Shown here: piece by piece, positions 16,188-18,158 of the stretch
Layout: each line of letters starts with the position of its first letter
Numbering within the stretch: position 1 is the first letter of the stretch
NCBI GenBank assembly: GCA_018238625.1
Contig: JABCSY010000086.1
Coordinates: 1 to 18,158 of the forward strand
Reading direction: 5' to 3'
DNA from: Promethearchaeota archaeon
Lineage (GTDB): Archaea; Asgardarchaeota; Lokiarchaeia; Sigyniarchaeales; SOKP01
Length of the DNA stretch: 18,158 nt
The notes under the pieces: model-generated
Seen by the model: the letters and a program-made list of their open reading frames with translations, nothing else
Databases searched by the model: none
What the model was told of the DNA's origin: nothing
Program-made: the position numbers and the translations under genes

Positions 16188-17114
16188 ATGGAACGATTTA
16201 TCAAGGTAATTATAGCTGGTTTAGATAACGCGGGTAAAACATCGATATTACTTGCGTTAAATAAGAAATATGACTTTCATAAAGATATAATTTCCCTTAC
16301 ACCAACGATTCGAGTTGAATATCAAGCAACTGAATTTCTAAAAAACAAAATTGTATTTTGGGATATGGGCGGGCAAGAACAATATAGAAAATTATACCAA
16401 GAAAAGCAAGAGCTTTATTTTGCGGATACTGATTTGCTAGTATATATCATTGACATTCAAGATCCAGAAAGAATAGGAACTTCTCTCGCTTATTTAGATA
16501 TGATTTTGCATAATTTCAAGAAGCATAAGATAGATGTTCCTGTAATAATTAGCTTCCATAAATTCGATCCCGAATTTCGTGGAAACGATGAAATGGTTGA
16601 TCAGATCGAAGAATTAAGAGAAAAGACTTTAGAAAAATATCCTTCATTTAAATTCCTATTCCAACAAACATCAATTTACGATATTATTTCAATAGTTCAA
16701 CTTATTTCTTATGGGTTGTCTGTATTTGATGAAAAATTCTTTGAACTTTCTGAGCTTTTAGAAAAGTACATCAAGGAATTTGACAGTAAATCGTTAATAG
16801 TATTCGATAAAAACGGCATTATTATGAGCGAGTTCTACAACGACGTTATAGAACCCGAAATTTACATTGAACTTCTCGAGTCGATTAAGGAGCACCTCTT
16901 TTTACTTAAAAGAATGCAAGAAGAATCATATGAGACTGATTCTACCTTTTCAACAATTGGAAACGAATTAACATCATATCTACATCGAATAAAACTCAAA
17001 GAAGAATCTTTATTTGTCTCGGTTGTTATGAAAGAAAAATTAAAAGAAAAGTTTTTAGAAAAAGTTTCAGATTTCATTTCTGATTTAACAGAGATTTTGA
17101 AAACTTTAATATAA
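16188..17114 (+). CDS. Arf/Rag-like small GTPase fused to a C-terminal roadblock/longin-like domain (eukaryotic signature protein type)
   Basis: G1 GLDNAGKT, G2 PTIRV, G3 WDMGGQ, G4 HKFD, G5 TSIYD. The C-terminal part of about 130 aa has a helix, then 'SLIVFDKNGIIMSE', then helix-strands-helix. Confidence 0.9.
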   Translation: MERFIKVIIAGLDNAGKTSILLALNKKYDFHKDIISLTPTIRVEYQATEFLKNKIVFWDMGGQEQYRKLYQEKQELYFADTDLLVYIIDIQDPERIGTSLAYLDMILHNFKKHKIDVPVIISFHKFDPEFRGNDEMVDQIEELREKTLEKYPSFKFLFQQTSIYDIISIVQLISYGLSVFDEKFFELSELLEKYIKEFDSKSLIVFDKNGIIMSEFYNDVIEPEIYIELLESIKEHLFLLKRMQEESYETDSTFSTIGNELTSYLHRIKLKEESLFVSVVMKEKLKEKFLEKVSDFISDLTEILKTLI

Positions 17115-17147
17115 AAATTGAGTGAATTTTAACTTTTAAATTCTCTA

Positions 17148-17155
17148 TTTTTTTT
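17148..17155 (+). terminator. oligo(U) terminator candidate after the GTPase gene
   Basis: T8 run 34 nt after the stop at 17114. Confidence 0.35.
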
Positions 17156-17196
17156 ACTTATTCTTGTATTAATTACATCCTTTATAATAGTTCTAT

Positions 17197-17388
17197 AACT
17201 ATTAGATTTATGTCGTAAGATTTGAGACCTCCCTTACAAGAGAAGCGAGCGCAAGATTTAAGCCTCAAGATTAAGTTCCCTAGGGTTCTATTAACATAGA
17301 ATTGTATTTAAGAGAGGAAAGTTATAAACAATTAATTATAGATTTGAATCTTAACCAAAAAGAATAAATAGGCGATTATCTAATAGTT
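17197..17388. mobile_element. possible MITE-like element or IS-end region
   Basis: 11-bp perfect inverted repeats AACTATTAGAT (17197-207) and ATCTAATAGTT (17378-88), each flanked externally by TAT. It lies just upstream of a transposase ORF. Confidence 0.25.
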
Positions 17389-17505
17389 TATTATAGATCT
17401 TAAAACTGACTCGTTATGATAATAATCCTATATAGAATTAAATCCAGTATTTATCAAACTCAATTGACAGACTTTATTGGATTAAGATCCATCGAAAAAT
17501 ACGAC

Positions 17506-18158
17506 ATGAGCGTTCCAAAAGATTACAGAAACGCCCGAAAAAAATTTCGATGGATTTCCATACATCCCACATGGGGTAAAAGGAGAGCTCCAACCACGAG
17601 CTCCACACCCAACTCCCAGAAGAGGATACAGGATTTTATAGATTGGGCGCCCCGACTAAAAGATAAGTATTTATATAGGTTCTCTCGCGTTAAGATCCCT
17701 TGTTTTAAAGAGTTTGGAATAGGAGTGATCTCTAAAAAGGAATGGGATATGCATCGATATCTTAAAGGGTTTAACGGGGTATTTGAAAACTTGTTTGAAC
17801 TTAACGATTTTAGCTTTTTCCAAGAATTACAAGGAAGGCTTGAAAATAGCGGCGTCTCTTTTAAAGACATGTTTATTGAAGATGTGCTTGCTTACGAAAT
17901 GTTGCGGATCAATCTGGGCTTCAAGAATTACTCCGGTATAGAAAGAATGGGTAAGTTTCTCCCTTATCCTCCCTTATTCAACATTACTCACGACCCCAAT
18001 TTCTTTCCAAAAGCACAGGATATCAGTTATGTATTGACTAAAATCCCTCCTGAAGCGTTATTCGAGTTTTTTCAACTATTAGTGAAGGAATGTGTTGATT
18101 GCGGGATAATTATCCCAAGAATCCTCATCTGGGACGGACAATTCATACGCTCCAATTG
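17506..18158 (+). CDS. DDE transposase, IS4/IS5/IS1182-like, N-terminal part (runs off the right edge)
   Basis: Not in the ORF track. Open from the ATG at 17506 to the edge, ending ...FFPKAQDISYVLTKIPPEALFEFFQLLVKECVDCGIIIPRILIWDGQFIRSN. This fits the 'P....S......L..FF..LV..C...G.I....L..D...I..N' pattern before the first catalytic Asp of DDE_Tnp_1-type enzymes. Confidence 0.68.
   Translation, partial: MSVPKDYRNARKKFRWISIHPTWGKRRAPTTSSTPNSQKRIQDFIDWAPRLKDKYLYRFSRVKIPCFKEFGIGVISKKEWDMHRYLKGFNGVFENLFELNDFSFFQELQGRLENSGVSFKDMFIEDVLAYEMLRINLGFKNYSGIERMGKFLPYPPLFNITHDPNFFPKAQDISYVLTKIPPEALFEFFQLLVKECVDCGIIIPRILIWDGQFIRSN

Noticed and set aside
17464-17469. TTGACA bacterial -35 box before the transposase
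   Set aside because: No -10 element at 17-bp spacing and the host is archaeal; it overlaps a short TCAATTGA palindrome.
17523-17870. 115-aa minus-strand ORF
   Set aside because: Antisense shadow of the longer + strand transposase frame, with no recognisable motifs.

Overview
AT-rich archaeal chromosomal window, most likely from an Asgard archaeon (Lokiarchaeia-like). This is an inference from the archaeal rpo3/eL18/uL13/uS9 genes, an Arf/Rag-like small GTPase with a roadblock/longin-like C-terminal domain, and a B-box/zinc-ribbon membrane protein. Most genes are housekeeping. From left to right: a truncated GNAT acetyltransferase, alpha/beta-hydrolase, FmdE, Mut7-C RNase, a small helical protein, Gfo/Idh/MocA oxidoreductase, aroC and aroA (divergent, with a DUF998-like membrane gene between them), a zinc-finger membrane protein, rps9-rpl13-rpl18e-rpoD (minus strand, lacking its usual neighbours on both sides), glyA, a COG1340-like coiled-coil protein, trmI, yjbQ, two orphan ORFs, the GTPase, and a truncated DDE-type transposase at the right edge. 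Corrections to the supplied ORF track: 13816..14700 (TrmI) is on the + strand, not -, and two edge ORFs (2..214 - and 17506..>18158 +) are missing. The most notable items are the Arf/Rag mosaic GTPase, a cryptic 28-aa hydrophobic peptide whose Shine-Dalgarno lies in a 10-bp stem upstream of glyA, a His->Gln change in a conserved AroC motif, and a MITE-like segment ahead of the transposase. I found no tRNA, rRNA or CRISPR array. All family calls come from motif recognition by eye; no database search was run.
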